Shown here: in pieces, positions 20,340 through 29,948 of the stretch
Layout of the letters: the number at the start of each line of letters is the position of its first letter
Numbering within the stretch: the stretch's first letter is position 1
Virus record (IMG/VR): IMGVR_UViG_3300005098_000013
Span: 1-64,000 of that record
Source of the DNA: a virus
Length of the DNA: 64,000 nt
Reading direction: 5' to 3' (one strand)
The notes under the pieces: generated by a model
What the model was told of the DNA's origin: nothing
The model's database searches: none
Seen by the model: the letters and a program-made list of their open reading frames with translations, nothing else
Program-made: the position numbers and the translations under genes

Positions 20340-20445
20340 TTTAAATGAATAATAATAAGTCTTTATTATTATCGAGAAATGAAGTATTAAAAAATTGAAG
20401 GCTTAAAAAGAAATAATAATATTGAATTATTATTACTACTAATGA
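20340..20445. promoter_or_regulatory. AT-rich convergent intergenic segment, inverted homologue of the 46961-47092 repeats; origin candidate
   Basis: Reverse complement of 20396-20435 resembles TAATAAATCAGTATTATTATTCCTAAAAAGCCTTCA. Confidence 0.55.
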
Positions 20446-20470
20446 ATCAAAAAAAAAGGAACGAGGCTTC

Positions 20471-21214
20471 TCATTCCTGTTTCTTATTAGCCTCGTACCA
20501 TTCTTTTGCTCTTTTCCATTCCTCTGCAGTCAAGGCTGGATCCGGGAAACCTGTTTCGCAGAAGCCTTTCACTCGATTCCAACAGCTATCGCACCTTAGA
20601 CATGGCCGTTCAGCACCCTCGTAGCAACTCCAGCTCAGCTCAAAAGGTGCATTGGCTTTCCAACCTAACAATATTATATCTGCCTTGCTTAAGTTTCCCA
20701 GATGATGTATTCTTAGGTCATGTTTGCCTCTTGCCCATCTTTCACCGCCCATTGTTATAGCTTGTTGCATCTTCACTAAATATTCCGGTCTGCAATCGCA
20801 ATAATTTGAGTAGTCCACCACGTTGGTCGCGATGAAGACGTTATCGGCTCCAATCGACTCGGCTAAGCCTGCAGCTATACTCAAGAACATAGTATTCCTC
20901 AGTGGCACATATGTAACTGCTGCTTCATCGTCTCCTAACTCCTTATGTTCCGGAATCTCATCGGTTAAGAGAGCACTCTTAAAGAGTTGCTTCACGAACT
21001 TTAGCTCTGCAAATCTCCACTTGATTCCTAACTTGAATGCTATCTTCCTTGCTGCCTCTACTTCCTTCACATGCTTTTGTCCGTACCCAAATGTCAAAGC
21101 TGTTACCTCATATCCTTTCTTTACTGCAGTTGCTGTAAGTGCACAAGAATCCAAGCCACCGCTTAACAAGCACACAGCTTTCTTATTTGGCATATGTCTT
21201 ACATTCTTTTTCAT
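20471..21214 (-). CDS. queC: 7-cyano-7-deazaguanine synthase
   Basis: LLSGGLDS PP-loop, YGQKH, TYVPLRN, Y.DCR, WSCY...C..CDSC. Confidence 0.95.
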   Translation of the reverse strand: MKKNVRHMPNKKAVCLLSGGLDSCALTATAVKKGYEVTALTFGYGQKHVKEVEAARKIAFKLGIKWRFAELKFVKQLFKSALLTDEIPEHKELGDDEAAVTYVPLRNTMFLSIAAGLAESIGADNVFIATNVVDYSNYCDCRPEYLVKMQQAITMGGERWARGKHDLRIHHLGNLSKADIILLGWKANAPFELSWSCYEGAERPCLRCDSCWNRVKGFCETGFPDPALTAEEWKRAKEWYEANKKQE

Positions 21215-21234
21215 TCTTTTCTCACCTCCTAAAC

Positions 21235-22026
21235 TTATAGTTTTCCTTCGAACATACTATAAGCATCAAATGGGTGTATGCTTTCTTGCGAATCACATTC
21301 CACCTTGCACCAATGAACGTCTAACTCCTTTAATTGTTCAACAGCATCTCTCACTACATCTTCTACAAACTTGGTGTTTTCATGCATATACTCCACCGCC
21401 CTCTTTTCGTCTGGCCTTTTCAATATGTTATAGACAGGCGAAGAGAATGACTTATGCGCAATTTCCACCAACTCTTCTGCGCTAACTTCTACCAACTCAG
21501 TTAGAACCTCTACTTCAATCCTTAATGTGCAGCGTTGATTATGAGCAACTCCATTTTTGCACATTTCCCTGGCACAAGGGCAGCAGGTTGCTCCAATCAC
21601 TTCTACACCTAAAGTTGGCTTCTCTCCTGACTTTGCATAACCTAGAAGCTTGTATACCTCACCTTTTGCCTCTCTTTCTGCCCACAATTCCACTTCAGCA
21701 AACTCACAATACTCACTTCTTCTCTTAATATCATCAGCAATGCTCCTTGCTAACCATTCAATGCCTCTCGTTTCCTTTGGAAACACCAAATTCTCTTCCA
21801 TTGCCTGTACCAAACGAGATAAGTGAGCGCCTCTTTGATCTTTCGGCAAACTCAGATACAAATTTGCATTGATTATCACTTCCCTGTCTGATTCTGGCCG
21901 ATGTATGATTATCGGCATCCTTACCCCTTTCAAACCCACTCTATTCAATGCTACACTCTCTACTACTTCATTCTGGACATCTCGTTTTCCTACCATACTG
22001 CTTTGGTCTTCACCTCTCTTATACAT
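21235..22026 (-). CDS. folE2: GTP cyclohydrolase FolE2/MptA family
   Basis: RDVQ, RVG, RGAHLSR, TCCPC, AHNQR, ILKRPDE, KFVEDVVR, ESIHPFDA. Confidence 0.9.
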   Translation of the reverse strand: MYKRGEDQSSMVGKRDVQNEVVESVALNRVGLKGVRMPIIIHRPESDREVIINANLYLSLPKDQRGAHLSRLVQAMEENLVFPKETRGIEWLARSIADDIKRRSEYCEFAEVELWAEREAKGEVYKLLGYAKSGEKPTLGVEVIGATCCPCAREMCKNGVAHNQRCTLRIEVEVLTELVEVSAEELVEIAHKSFSSPVYNILKRPDEKRAVEYMHENTKFVEDVVRDAVEQLKELDVHWCKVECDSQESIHPFDAYSMFEGKL

Positions 22027-22075
22027 TCTTATTTCTCCTCCTTCCATCTGCTTCTTTTTCATGCCAAACTTTTCC

Positions 22076-23623
22076 TTATCCTATTAAACAAACCTTACCT
22101 TCTTCCCTCTTGATTCTCTTCTGCTTCACTAGCCTCCCTATAAGCTCCTCAGACTTTCCATATTGCAAACCAAAGTCAAGCAGCTCATCTTTCAATTCAA
22201 TCTCTCCCATTTCACCTGCTTCCAAAATTCTGACCACCTGCTGCTCTTCTGCACCTCTCGAAATCTGAGTTCTCCATTCCTTTGCAACATTCATAAGCTT
22301 CTGGAGTTCAGGTGTAATGTCTACCTTCAAAACCGAACCAAAATTAGTTGTTGCAATGGTATAGCCAATCCCAAGCCTCTCAAACAACGGCTCAATATAA
22401 TGCGGCACTTTCAGCGTATCAATGCTTTTCATAAACTCATCAGTAAACTTTACACTTCTTAGTTCATCGATTCTTTTCATGACATCTGTTACATCCCAGC
22501 CTATCTTCTTTAGCATTCCTATATCCCCTCTTACTCCTTTGCTGTTCCTCCTACACCACTTTAACTTTTCCTTTTCTGCAACTGACGGAATAAAGTTCAC
22601 AAAGAAAAACCTACGTCCTAATCCAGAGGACAAGTCAAACCTTGTTGGTTGGCTTGCTGCAAACAATGTGATATCAGTGTCGTAGCGTATCTCTCCCGCA
22701 GCTAGCCTCTTTACCAAATGCCCCGAATCCAAAGCTGTAAGCAATGCATTGTCCAGATTGGAGGAATGTTCTTGCTTCATTGCCGTTGTCAACGCCGAAA
22801 ACTCCTCTATCCCCACGATGTAATCTGCATAATCATGCGCGGCTCCGTACGTAATTATTGGCTCGCCGCTATCATCTGTAGCCCTAATTGTCCCGGTAAA
22901 GCCTGCCTCAGTTAAGTTGCCGCTATAGGTTGTCTTTAACTCCGTGCCTCCTAGCGCGCTTGTTGGCCCACTTAGCAACACTTTCAAGATGAATGATTTG
23001 GAATTATGCACTACCAGATTGTTTGCAATGTAGTGTTCCTGAGAAGTTGTGAAGTCAACAGCAGGTCCTTGGCGATACATCTTTGTTCTTTTCGTAACAT
23101 GTGCTGTTGTATAGCCGAGATACATTGGTTTTTTCTTCCATGTCTGAGATTCATGAACCTTCAGTTCATTAGGTGTAAAGGCAGTCACTATCTGGTCCTT
23201 TAGCGTAAGATCTTTAGCATGTTTCCATCCATTTTTGGTTAAAACCCGATGTTGTCCCGAACATTTTAGGCCATGCGGCAGTTCATAATAGTCTACATTA
23301 CTGCGCGTCTTATTCAGAACTATATTTGGCTTGCCATTGATTGATGCTAACCTGTCTCCTACTCGAACGTCTACTGCAGCTTTGTGAATTCCACTTTCCA
23401 TAAGAACAGTTGTAGTTGGAGCAACGCAAAAACCTGGTGGCGCAATGAAGAACATATGTATTCTTAAGTCTGGCACAGCTCCTGCTTCCATGTAAAACTG
23501 ATTCTTCTTGTTTGCCAAATTTGCCAAGTGACAACACACAGCAGTAACATAGTACGGAACGAACGTTTTGACAAAACAAATTTTCCGTGACTCGAGAAAC
23601 TCAAGTACGCTCTGCATTAACAT
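22076..23623 (-). CDS. MCM-like AAA+ helicase domain protein with mini-intein
   Basis: Spliced Walker A APPGFSKS, TEAGFTG, Walker B VGIEEF, AASQP, GRRF Arg finger, C-terminal wHTH. Confidence 0.8.
   Translation of the reverse strand: MLMQSVLEFLESRKICFVKTFVPYYVTAVCCHLANLANKKNQFYMEAGAVPDLRIHMFFIAPPGFCVAPTTTVLMESGIHKAAVDVRVGDRLASINGKPNIVLNKTRSNVDYYELPHGLKCSGQHRVLTKNGWKHAKDLTLKDQIVTAFTPNELKVHESQTWKKKPMYLGYTTAHVTKRTKMYRQGPAVDFTTSQEHYIANNLVVHNSKSFILKVLLSGPTSALGGTELKTTYSGNLTEAGFTGTIRATDDSGEPIITYGAAHDYADYIVGIEEFSALTTAMKQEHSSNLDNALLTALDSGHLVKRLAAGEIRYDTDITLFAASQPTRFDLSSGLGRRFFFVNFIPSVAEKEKLKWCRRNSKGVRGDIGMLKKIGWDVTDVMKRIDELRSVKFTDEFMKSIDTLKVPHYIEPLFERLGIGYTIATTNFGSVLKVDITPELQKLMNVAKEWRTQISRGAEEQQVVRILEAGEMGEIELKDELLDFGLQYGKSEELIGRLVKQKRIKREEGKVCLIG
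23003..23428 (-). mobile_element. Mini-intein (142 aa) in Walker A of MCM-like gene
   Basis: Starts CVAPTT, block B CSGQHRV, ends VVHN followed by Ser. Confidence 0.9.
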
Positions 23624-23650
23624 ATTCCACCTTCTTGTTTACATAGGTGT

Positions 23651-24292
23651 CTAAGCTCTTCTAAAAAACTCATATACCTTCTTTGCAGCTTGCCTTGTTG
23701 CAACCTTCTTCAGATCTGTCTCATTGAGATTCGCTATGGTCAAAAGTGTCTCATACTTGCCCACTATTCTTGAGGCATTCTTCTCGCCTACTCCAATATC
23801 CATAAGCACTCGCATTGCATCGTAACCTTCTCGTTTCTTGCGCATCGGCAATCTCCATTTACCTTCATCCACTTTTCTAAGGAAGGTATATGCGAACTTG
23901 AGAAACCTTTCGTTTGTTGAAACCCAAAACATAAAGTCAAGTGTCCTGACACATTCGGAAGCTAAACTTCCATAGAAAAGATTCTCGTCCTCTTTCTTCA
24001 CAATGCCTACAATCCCCATAGCCTTTACCTTACACGGGAAAGCATGCATTGCGTTTAACTGCGAAGTAAACCTATGATAATCATCTTTAGTTTTTCGCTT
24101 TTGTTTCGATAATACTGCATTCAATAAATCTGCTACTGTCTTCCTTTCAATTACACATATCCATTCTGCACCGTTGCGGAGGCCATAGTCGCCTACTTTC
24201 ATTGCTTCTACAGTATGCGGAATTTTGAATTTCTTAGCTAAAGTCAACATTCCTTGTTCCCTGGAATCTATAATAATTGTGGTTTTGGACAT
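23651..24292 (-). CDS. ERCC4/XPF-family structure-specific nuclease with HhH
   Basis: IIDSRE, VGDY, IERKT..DL, IGVGEKNA. Confidence 0.9.
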   Translation of the reverse strand: MSKTTIIIDSREQGMLTLAKKFKIPHTVEAMKVGDYGLRNGAEWICVIERKTVADLLNAVLSKQKRKTKDDYHRFTSQLNAMHAFPCKVKAMGIVGIVKKEDENLFYGSLASECVRTLDFMFWVSTNERFLKFAYTFLRKVDEGKWRLPMRKKREGYDAMRVLMDIGVGEKNASRIVGKYETLLTIANLNETDLKKVATRQAAKKVYEFFRRA

Positions 24293-24366
24293 AATGGTCT
24301 CATGCTTTGGTTACCGTATGAAAGCATTTTATAAAGTATAGATTTTATAGATAATATAGAACGAAG
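24293..24366. promoter_or_regulatory. Divergent promoter region with TATA-like boxes (TTTATAAA, TTTTATAG)
   Basis: Lies between divergent operons. Confidence 0.5.
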
Positions 24367-24678
24367 ATGAAAGACAATAACAAATTCACAGGCATTTCAT
24401 GCAAACCTGAGACAAAGGAAAGGCTTGCATCTCTTAGATTAGGCATGGAAACCTGGGATGAATTGCTTGAATTTCTATATTTAAAAGCAACAAGCAATGT
24501 TCGAATAATAAGCGTAGAATTATACGATGATCAGATAGAATGGATAAGGAAGCATAATGTGAACTTATCGAAGTTTGTCCAGGATTCTTTAGATGACTGG
24601 ATGTATAAAGATGAAGAGGCAAGAACAAAGATAGATGAGAGAAGGTTACAAAGTATGAAAGCATTTAGTGAAGAGTGA
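24367..24678 (+). CDS. Tandem RHH-type regulator
   Basis: TGISCKPETKERL...ETWDELL; IISVELYDDQIEW...NLSKFVQ. Confidence 0.65.
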   Translation: MKDNNKFTGISCKPETKERLASLRLGMETWDELLEFLYLKATSNVRIISVELYDDQIEWIRKHNVNLSKFVQDSLDDWMYKDEEARTKIDERRLQSMKAFSEE

Positions 24679-24799
24679 ATTTAAAATGGAAAGAGATGAG
24701 GCAGATCAGCAATCGGCTGAGAGGGTCAAACCTAATCTGCCAGTCAGGAAAAATGAAGCAAAAATACCTGAATAAAAAAATAGGAGGTATGGTAGAAAG

Positions 24800-25825
24800 A
24801 TGGCAGAGCAAAGTAAAATGAAAATAGAATCGCTAAGGCGTAGTGTAGAGAAGAAGTTAGGCGTTACAAGAGAAGCGTTCGATAAGGTAGTAGAGGCAAA
24901 GAGGGGTCTAGTGAAGAAAAACAGCCCAGATCTGTCTGAGGCTGATGTAGAGAAGAGAGTGTTCTTGCTAGTAAAAAGCGAGTACAAGAAGCAACTGATG
25001 TCGCCAGCAATAAATTTTGAAGGTGTAGTGTTGAGCTGGGGAAGAACATTTGATTCAGTAGCACAGATGAGAGCAGATGCGATGGAAGCAATGAAAAGAG
25101 ATGAGGAGCAGGCAATAGCAGAAGGGTATGTAGATGTAGATGGATACCCGTTGGATACAAGAGAAGTGTACAAGTCAGGACAACCAAACAGGCAATATGG
25201 AAAGAGATTGCCAAAGCACAACTACATACGCAACCTGATAGGTGTGTGCATATATGAAGAGGTACCAAGGCTGTTCAGACTTGTGTTGAGCGATGTAGTG
25301 CCTGTAGACAAGCCAGTTGATCCGGCTACATTGAAAACAAACTTAGAGGTGCCAATGTTTGTGCCTGTAGAGTTCAGGGCTAACGTGGCAAAAACGCAAA
25401 GAGACGATAGGTTTTTGCAGCTGAATCAATCGAAAAGTACTGACTTCAGGTTAAGTGATGCAGAAATAGACATTGCAAACGTAATGAACTCGGAATTGCT
25501 GGATCCCTTCAGAGTAACGCCAGAAGAAGTTGGCGACTACTACGATGCACATGCAACACAACCTGAAAGACTAGTGATAATGGAAGGATCTGTGATGATG
25601 ATAGGTGAAGAGGGCAGCGCTTCAGGTGATGTGTTAGTGATGGTCGATAGTGAAGAGAGCGGCTTTGATTTCATGGGAGTCAGGTGTTGGGTGCCAAGCA
25701 ATCTGTTGGAGAAGGCTGATATAGAAGAAGGAGATGTGGTAACTATAATTGGGCAGGCAAACCGTGGAACCTTTGGAGATGAATCCGTGGATATGGTCAA
25801 TGTGACCGGTATCTATACGAAATGA
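24800..25825 (+). CDS. Putative OB-fold ssDNA-binding (RPA-like) protein
   Basis: C-terminal OB-like pattern EEGDVVTIIG; replication context. Confidence 0.5.
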   Translation: MAEQSKMKIESLRRSVEKKLGVTREAFDKVVEAKRGLVKKNSPDLSEADVEKRVFLLVKSEYKKQLMSPAINFEGVVLSWGRTFDSVAQMRADAMEAMKRDEEQAIAEGYVDVDGYPLDTREVYKSGQPNRQYGKRLPKHNYIRNLIGVCIYEEVPRLFRLVLSDVVPVDKPVDPATLKTNLEVPMFVPVEFRANVAKTQRDDRFLQLNQSKSTDFRLSDAEIDIANVMNSELLDPFRVTPEEVGDYYDAHATQPERLVIMEGSVMMIGEEGSASGDVLVMVDSEESGFDFMGVRCWVPSNLLEKADIEEGDVVTIIGQANRGTFGDESVDMVNVTGIYTK

Positions 25826-26112
25826 GAGCTTATGACGAGTCTGATGTGAAGCTAGGACGACAAGCAGCAGACATTTTGGAGCAACTTGAGAAGCTTGAAC
25901 CGTTTAGTGAAGAAGTAAAAGCAAAATTGAACCGTTTTAGTGAAGAGCTGTTCGGCTTCATTCATGGTAAGAAGGAAGCAGATCAAATGGCTGAAAGAAG
26001 CATTTGCGAAAAGATCTTATGCCGAATATCGAGCGTTAGCACTGCATTGGAAGATATGTCTGTCGAACTGGATTCGATGCTGAACGAGTTGCCACAGAAA
26101 ATGAAGCAGTAA
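25822..26112 (+). CDS. Hypothetical protein
   Basis: ATGA coupling to upstream gene. Confidence 0.65.
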   Translation: MRAYDESDVKLGRQAADILEQLEKLEPFSEEVKAKLNRFSEELFGFIHGKKEADQMAERSICEKILCRISSVSTALEDMSVELDSMLNELPQKMKQ

Positions 26113-26250
26113 GACAAAAGTGTTGGGGTGTGTTGGATGCATAAACCTAGGCAGATTGCCGCAATAGCAAGTAGGTGCATGAAAGCTTTTGGGCAAAAAG
26201 CTGTGATTAAGACTGCAGTGGTGCTGCCAGGATGCACAACCCAACACGTC
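26113..26250 (+). ncRNA. Putative multi-stem ncRNA
   Basis: Closing stem GTGTTGGGGTGTGT/GCACAACCCAACAC; inner ATGCA/TGCAT, ACCTA/TAGGT, GCTTTT/AAAAGC, GCAG/CTGC; followed by T9. Confidence 0.6.
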
Positions 26251-26262
26251 TCATTTTTTTTT

Positions 26263-26345
26263 GGCGCGGTGGTTCATAGAGGAAGTAACAGCCGCCTAGT
26301 TCGATACTAGGATGGAAAAATTAGGTTCGAATCCTAACTGCGCCG
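26263..26345 (+). tRNA. Aberrant tRNA-like RNA, extended anticodon arm, loop TTCGATA (nominal CGA/Ser)
   Basis: GGCGCGG/CTGCGCC acceptor, TTAGG-TTCGAAT-CCTAA T arm, CCTAG/CTAGG stem. Confidence 0.65.
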
Positions 26346-26376
26346 TTCTATGGATAAAGGTTGGAATAACAAAGGA

Positions 26377-26447
26377 GGGCGAAAAGCATACGGAGTTGCC
26401 TAGTTCCAACGTACGTGGAAATGCCGGTTCGACTCCGGCTTCGCCCA
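26377..26447 (+). tRNA. Aberrant tRNA-like RNA, loop ACGTACG (nominal GTA/Tyr, lacks U33 and purine 37)
   Basis: GGGCGAA/TTCGCCC acceptor, GCCGG-TTCGACT-CCGGC T arm, TTCCA/TGGAA stem. Confidence 0.65.
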
Positions 26448-26640
26448 GTTAAGGCAAGTTTAGGTAAGGTAAAGAGAATGAAATCAATTAGATGCATGTT
26501 AGGATTGCATAAGTGGTATTTTCCTATAATAGATGACCGAAGAGTAAGAAGGTGCAGAAGATGTGGGTTGAAACAGCGTGTATCTTATAGTGGATCATAT
26601 AATGATATTTGGAGAAATGAATGAAAGGAGTTGAAATACT

Positions 26641-28527
26641 ATGGGTTGGGATAAGATAAGCGGAAAAAAGGACCAGAAGAGCCCAGAAGAGAAGGATAAG
26701 GAAATAGGAAGTTGGATTACTGCACAACAGAAGATTGAGGTGTCGCCGATTAACTTGGTGGTGTACGGTTTAGATGGTACTTGTAAGAGCAGCGCTTGTA
26801 TAGATATCAGAGAAGCCAACGAGATGGATAAGAAGGTGTTTGTAATTGACATAGACGGATCTGCAGCTCCTATTAAGGAAGCATATTGGAATAATGATGG
26901 GAATATAATGATAGTGGATCCAGTGGAGATAACGGTAGAAGGTGACATTGATTGGATTGCTTCATATAATAGAATTTTAGATACTTGCAAGTGGCTACGC
27001 AAGCATGAGGTTGAGTTGAATCTAAAAGGTGTGGTATTAGATGGCCTAGACACTCTGCTTAAAATATGTGTGGCAGGAGACACTACTATTTATCCGATGG
27101 GTTTGCCGCCAATGAAAATTTCGGAATATGTTGAAACTGGAATGACTGTTCCAATTATGACAAGAAGCGGATATGAAACACCTTTGCGAACTTTTAAGTT
27201 GAAATCCCAATTAATAAAAATAGGCTATGCTTCAGGAGATGAGATTTGTGTAACACCGGACCATCCGTTGCTTGGTACTAGGGAATATTGGAGCAAACTT
27301 GAATTTATACCAGCTTCTGAATTGCAAATCGGTATGAGGTTAGCGGAAATCATGTATGGCCCACAATTTCCATGCTATGGTTATTCTGCAGCAAAGGCAA
27401 AATTTATAGGTATGATGGTTGCGGAAGGGTCAATGACACGCCACTATTCGCCCAAAATTTCAAATAATAAAATTGAACCTGTAGAATTAGCGCTTAAAGA
27501 AGCTTTCCCAGAATGTTATCTTAAACGAGATAGCAAAAATCAATATTCAATTAACTATAGAAAAAACAAAGATGACAAACATAGAAAAAACCCGATGAGA
27601 ACAGAATTGGAACAATTGAAACTTTGGAATTCATATAGCCATACTAAATTTATCCCTGATGTTATAAAATACGGTCCAATTGAGACAATATCTGCTTTTT
27701 TTGACGGATATATTTTTGGTGACGGGTGGCAAACCAAAACAAAAACCGGAAAAAGAATAGGTATGTATACAGTTTCAAAGCAGCTTGCAGAAGACTTAAG
27801 GTTTATTTTATGGAGGCTTGGCAAAAGAACAACTTTATATGTAAACAGATATCACAATGAAGTGGGAAGCAATAAGATGTTTAGCGATTATCAAGCGAGA
27901 ATTGGATACGGTATTAGTGTTGATGAACCGGAAATTGCAAATGTCAAAGGTGACGTACGTCTTAAACCCATAAAAACAATTGAAAGGCTGTCTGGTCTAC
28001 ATGATGTATATGACCTTCAAATGCCATCTGGTAATTTCATAGCAAACAGAATTGTAAATCACAATTGCGAGTACAAAATGAAGGTAGAAGATCTCAAGGT
28101 TAACCCTGCAGCAAGAGTGACCGATTTGTGGTCGTGGCAATTTCGCAACTCTGCTTTCCTTTTGGTAGTGAAGCTCATTAAAGGTCTTAAGTGTGATAGG
28201 CTTTATACGACGCACTTAAAGGAATTGAAAGGATGGGTACAAGAGTCAAAAGGCAAAACTCTAGCCACTACTGGATATGTGCCAGAATATGAAAAATCAA
28301 CGCCAAACTTAATGTTCCAAAAATTAAGTGCAACAAGAAATGATAAGGGAAAAGTTGTGGAGTGGAAGGTAAAGGTTGAAAAGAGCAAGACTAACAGTGC
28401 GCTTGAAGGCAAAGAGTATGAAGTGCTTAGGGTGGATCATGCTAAGGATGAGGTTAGTTGGCATGGCATTAAGGAATTTTTGAGGGAATGCAGACATAAA
28501 GAGGCAGGAAGAAATGAGAGGGTGTAA
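26641..28527 (+). CDS. RecA-like/AAA_24 (Sak4-type) ATPase with intein
   Basis: YGLDGTCKS Walker A, VIDIDG, VVLDGLD, YTTHLK. Confidence 0.75.
   Translation: MGWDKISGKKDQKSPEEKDKEIGSWITAQQKIEVSPINLVVYGLDGTCKSSACIDIREANEMDKKVFVIDIDGSAAPIKEAYWNNDGNIMIVDPVEITVEGDIDWIASYNRILDTCKWLRKHEVELNLKGVVLDGLDTLLKICVAGDTTIYPMGLPPMKISEYVETGMTVPIMTRSGYETPLRTFKLKSQLIKIGYASGDEICVTPDHPLLGTREYWSKLEFIPASELQIGMRLAEIMYGPQFPCYGYSAAKAKFIGMMVAEGSMTRHYSPKISNNKIEPVELALKEAFPECYLKRDSKNQYSINYRKNKDDKHRKNPMRTELEQLKLWNSYSHTKFIPDVIKYGPIETISAFFDGYIFGDGWQTKTKTGKRIGMYTVSKQLAEDLRFILWRLGKRTTLYVNRYHNEVGSNKMFSDYQARIGYGISVDEPEIANVKGDVRLKPIKTIERLSGLHDVYDLQMPSGNFIANRIVNHNCEYKMKVEDLKVNPAARVTDLWSWQFRNSAFLLVVKLIKGLKCDRLYTTHLKELKGWVQESKGKTLATTGYVPEYEKSTPNLMFQKLSATRNDKGKVVEWKVKVEKSKTNSALEGKEYEVLRVDHAKDEVSWHGIKEFLRECRHKEAGRNERV
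27067..28065 (+). mobile_element. Intein (333 aa) with LAGLIDADG homing endonuclease
   Basis: CVAGDT start, VTPDHP, IGMMVAEG and FDGYIFGDG, VYDLQ...VNHN followed by Cys. Confidence 0.92.
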
Positions 28528-28730
28528 GAGTGATAGAATAGAATTGAAGCTGTGTGCTGATTGCAAGTACAAATACAATTCGGAGGAATGTAAAAGGTCA
28601 AGAAAGATTTTGGGTTTGAAGGTTGTGAATGGTGTAGCAAATGAGAAGCAGGAAGATTAAGAAATGGAAAAAGAAAGAGTGTGCAGGGTTCAAGATAAAC
28701 ATATGAAAGTGTAAAGGGGGAGCAGAGTAG

Positions 28731-29222
28731 ATGGAGATAAAGTCTAGAATGTGGGATATTTTAAAGAAAGAGATGAGATATGAGCCTTTTTTGAAGACAG
28801 GAGATGCAAGTGGCGATTGGGTAGTCTTTTTGAATGATCAAGTTCAAACGGAAAGGCATGAAGATTGTCTAGTTTTCAAAGCGCCTTATCCAAGAGAAAG
28901 GTTTATTGAAACGAGATATACAAACATAAGAGATAAGAGTGGCAAAGAAGTGTATGAGGGAGACATAATGAAAATCAAACTTCCACAGATATATTCAATA
29001 CCTGGAGATCTTGAATTGGTGGGAAGACATGTGCTTAAACCGAAAACGGTTATTGGTGATGTTAGAATTAGACCAGTTAGCGGCACAGGAATTATAGTTA
29101 GAAAGATAGAAGGCAGTGATGACGGTATCAAAGTTGGTAAATTTTTGAAACTCAGACGTGGCAAAGATGAAGTTATCGGCAATGTCTTTGAAAATTTTGA
29201 AATCATTAGGAAGGTGAAGTAA
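28731..29222 (+). CDS. YopX-family protein
   Basis: IKSRMWD, YT..RDKSGKEVYEGDI, EVIGNVFEN. Confidence 0.85.
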   Translation: MEIKSRMWDILKKEMRYEPFLKTGDASGDWVVFLNDQVQTERHEDCLVFKAPYPRERFIETRYTNIRDKSGKEVYEGDIMKIKLPQIYSIPGDLELVGRHVLKPKTVIGDVRIRPVSGTGIIVRKIEGSDDGIKVGKFLKLRRGKDEVIGNVFENFEIIRKVK

Positions 29223-29223
29223 G

Positions 29224-29937
29224 ATGGAGCTTGCAGCAATAGTGCCATTGAGTTGCTTAGATATGGTGAAGGGGTTCAAGTACCATCTTGTAGAAGCGTA
29301 TTGGTTACAAGAATATCCGAAGTACTATGAATTCTTCGAGGAGATGAGCAAGATAGGTGATAAATACCTGATGCTGGACAATTCAGAAGGCATCAAACAT
29401 AGAGTTAGCGATGAAGTGCTTCTGGAATATGCAGATAAGTTAGCAGTGCAGGAAGTGATAATTCCAGATGTGAGTCCGATTAAGAGTAGAGACAGGAACG
29501 GTGCAGCAAAGACACTCGAATTAGCAAGATCTTTCAAAGAGAAGGCGAAAGGAAGTAAGTTTAAACTTATGGGGGTTGCGCACGGCTGCAACATAGAAGA
29601 GGTGGCTAGGTTGTTGAAGTTTTTTAAGGACGATACAGTGGGCTTTCCGAATAAGGCAGCTATTCCAAGAGAATTTTTGATGCGATACTGTAGTATACCA
29701 AAAGAGAGAAGGCATATGTTAGGTGCAAGTTCATATATGGAGATAGTAAGATGTAAGGAATTGGCAAGAAGCGTTGACACAAACTTAGCTGTGAGAGCAG
29801 CAGCCTCGAGTTCGTTTATCTTTACATTTAATGACAGGCACACAAGAATACCGTTCGATATGAATATGCAAATCGTGCCTATAGGTAGGGTAGAAGCGTA
29901 CATAAGGTATCTTCAAAAGGCAATAGCAGAAGATTAG
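29224..29937 (+). CDS. Divergent TGT-fold transglycosylase, putative DpdA-like DNA 7-deazaguanine insertion enzyme
   Basis: Ordered motifs LMLDNS, IIPDV, GVAHG, HMLG, SVDT match the TGT/DpdA barrel; que genes present. Confidence 0.65.
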   Translation: MELAAIVPLSCLDMVKGFKYHLVEAYWLQEYPKYYEFFEEMSKIGDKYLMLDNSEGIKHRVSDEVLLEYADKLAVQEVIIPDVSPIKSRDRNGAAKTLELARSFKEKAKGSKFKLMGVAHGCNIEEVARLLKFFKDDTVGFPNKAAIPREFLMRYCSIPKERRHMLGASSYMEIVRCKELARSVDTNLAVRAAASSSFIFTFNDRHTRIPFDMNMQIVPIGRVEAYIRYLQKAIAED

Positions 29938-29948
29938 AAGGCTGTAAA

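Noticed and set aside
26128-26310. 60-aa ORF, and the 5' extension of 26415-26624
   Set aside because: They overlap the structured RNA and tRNA-like elements; non-coding reading is better supported
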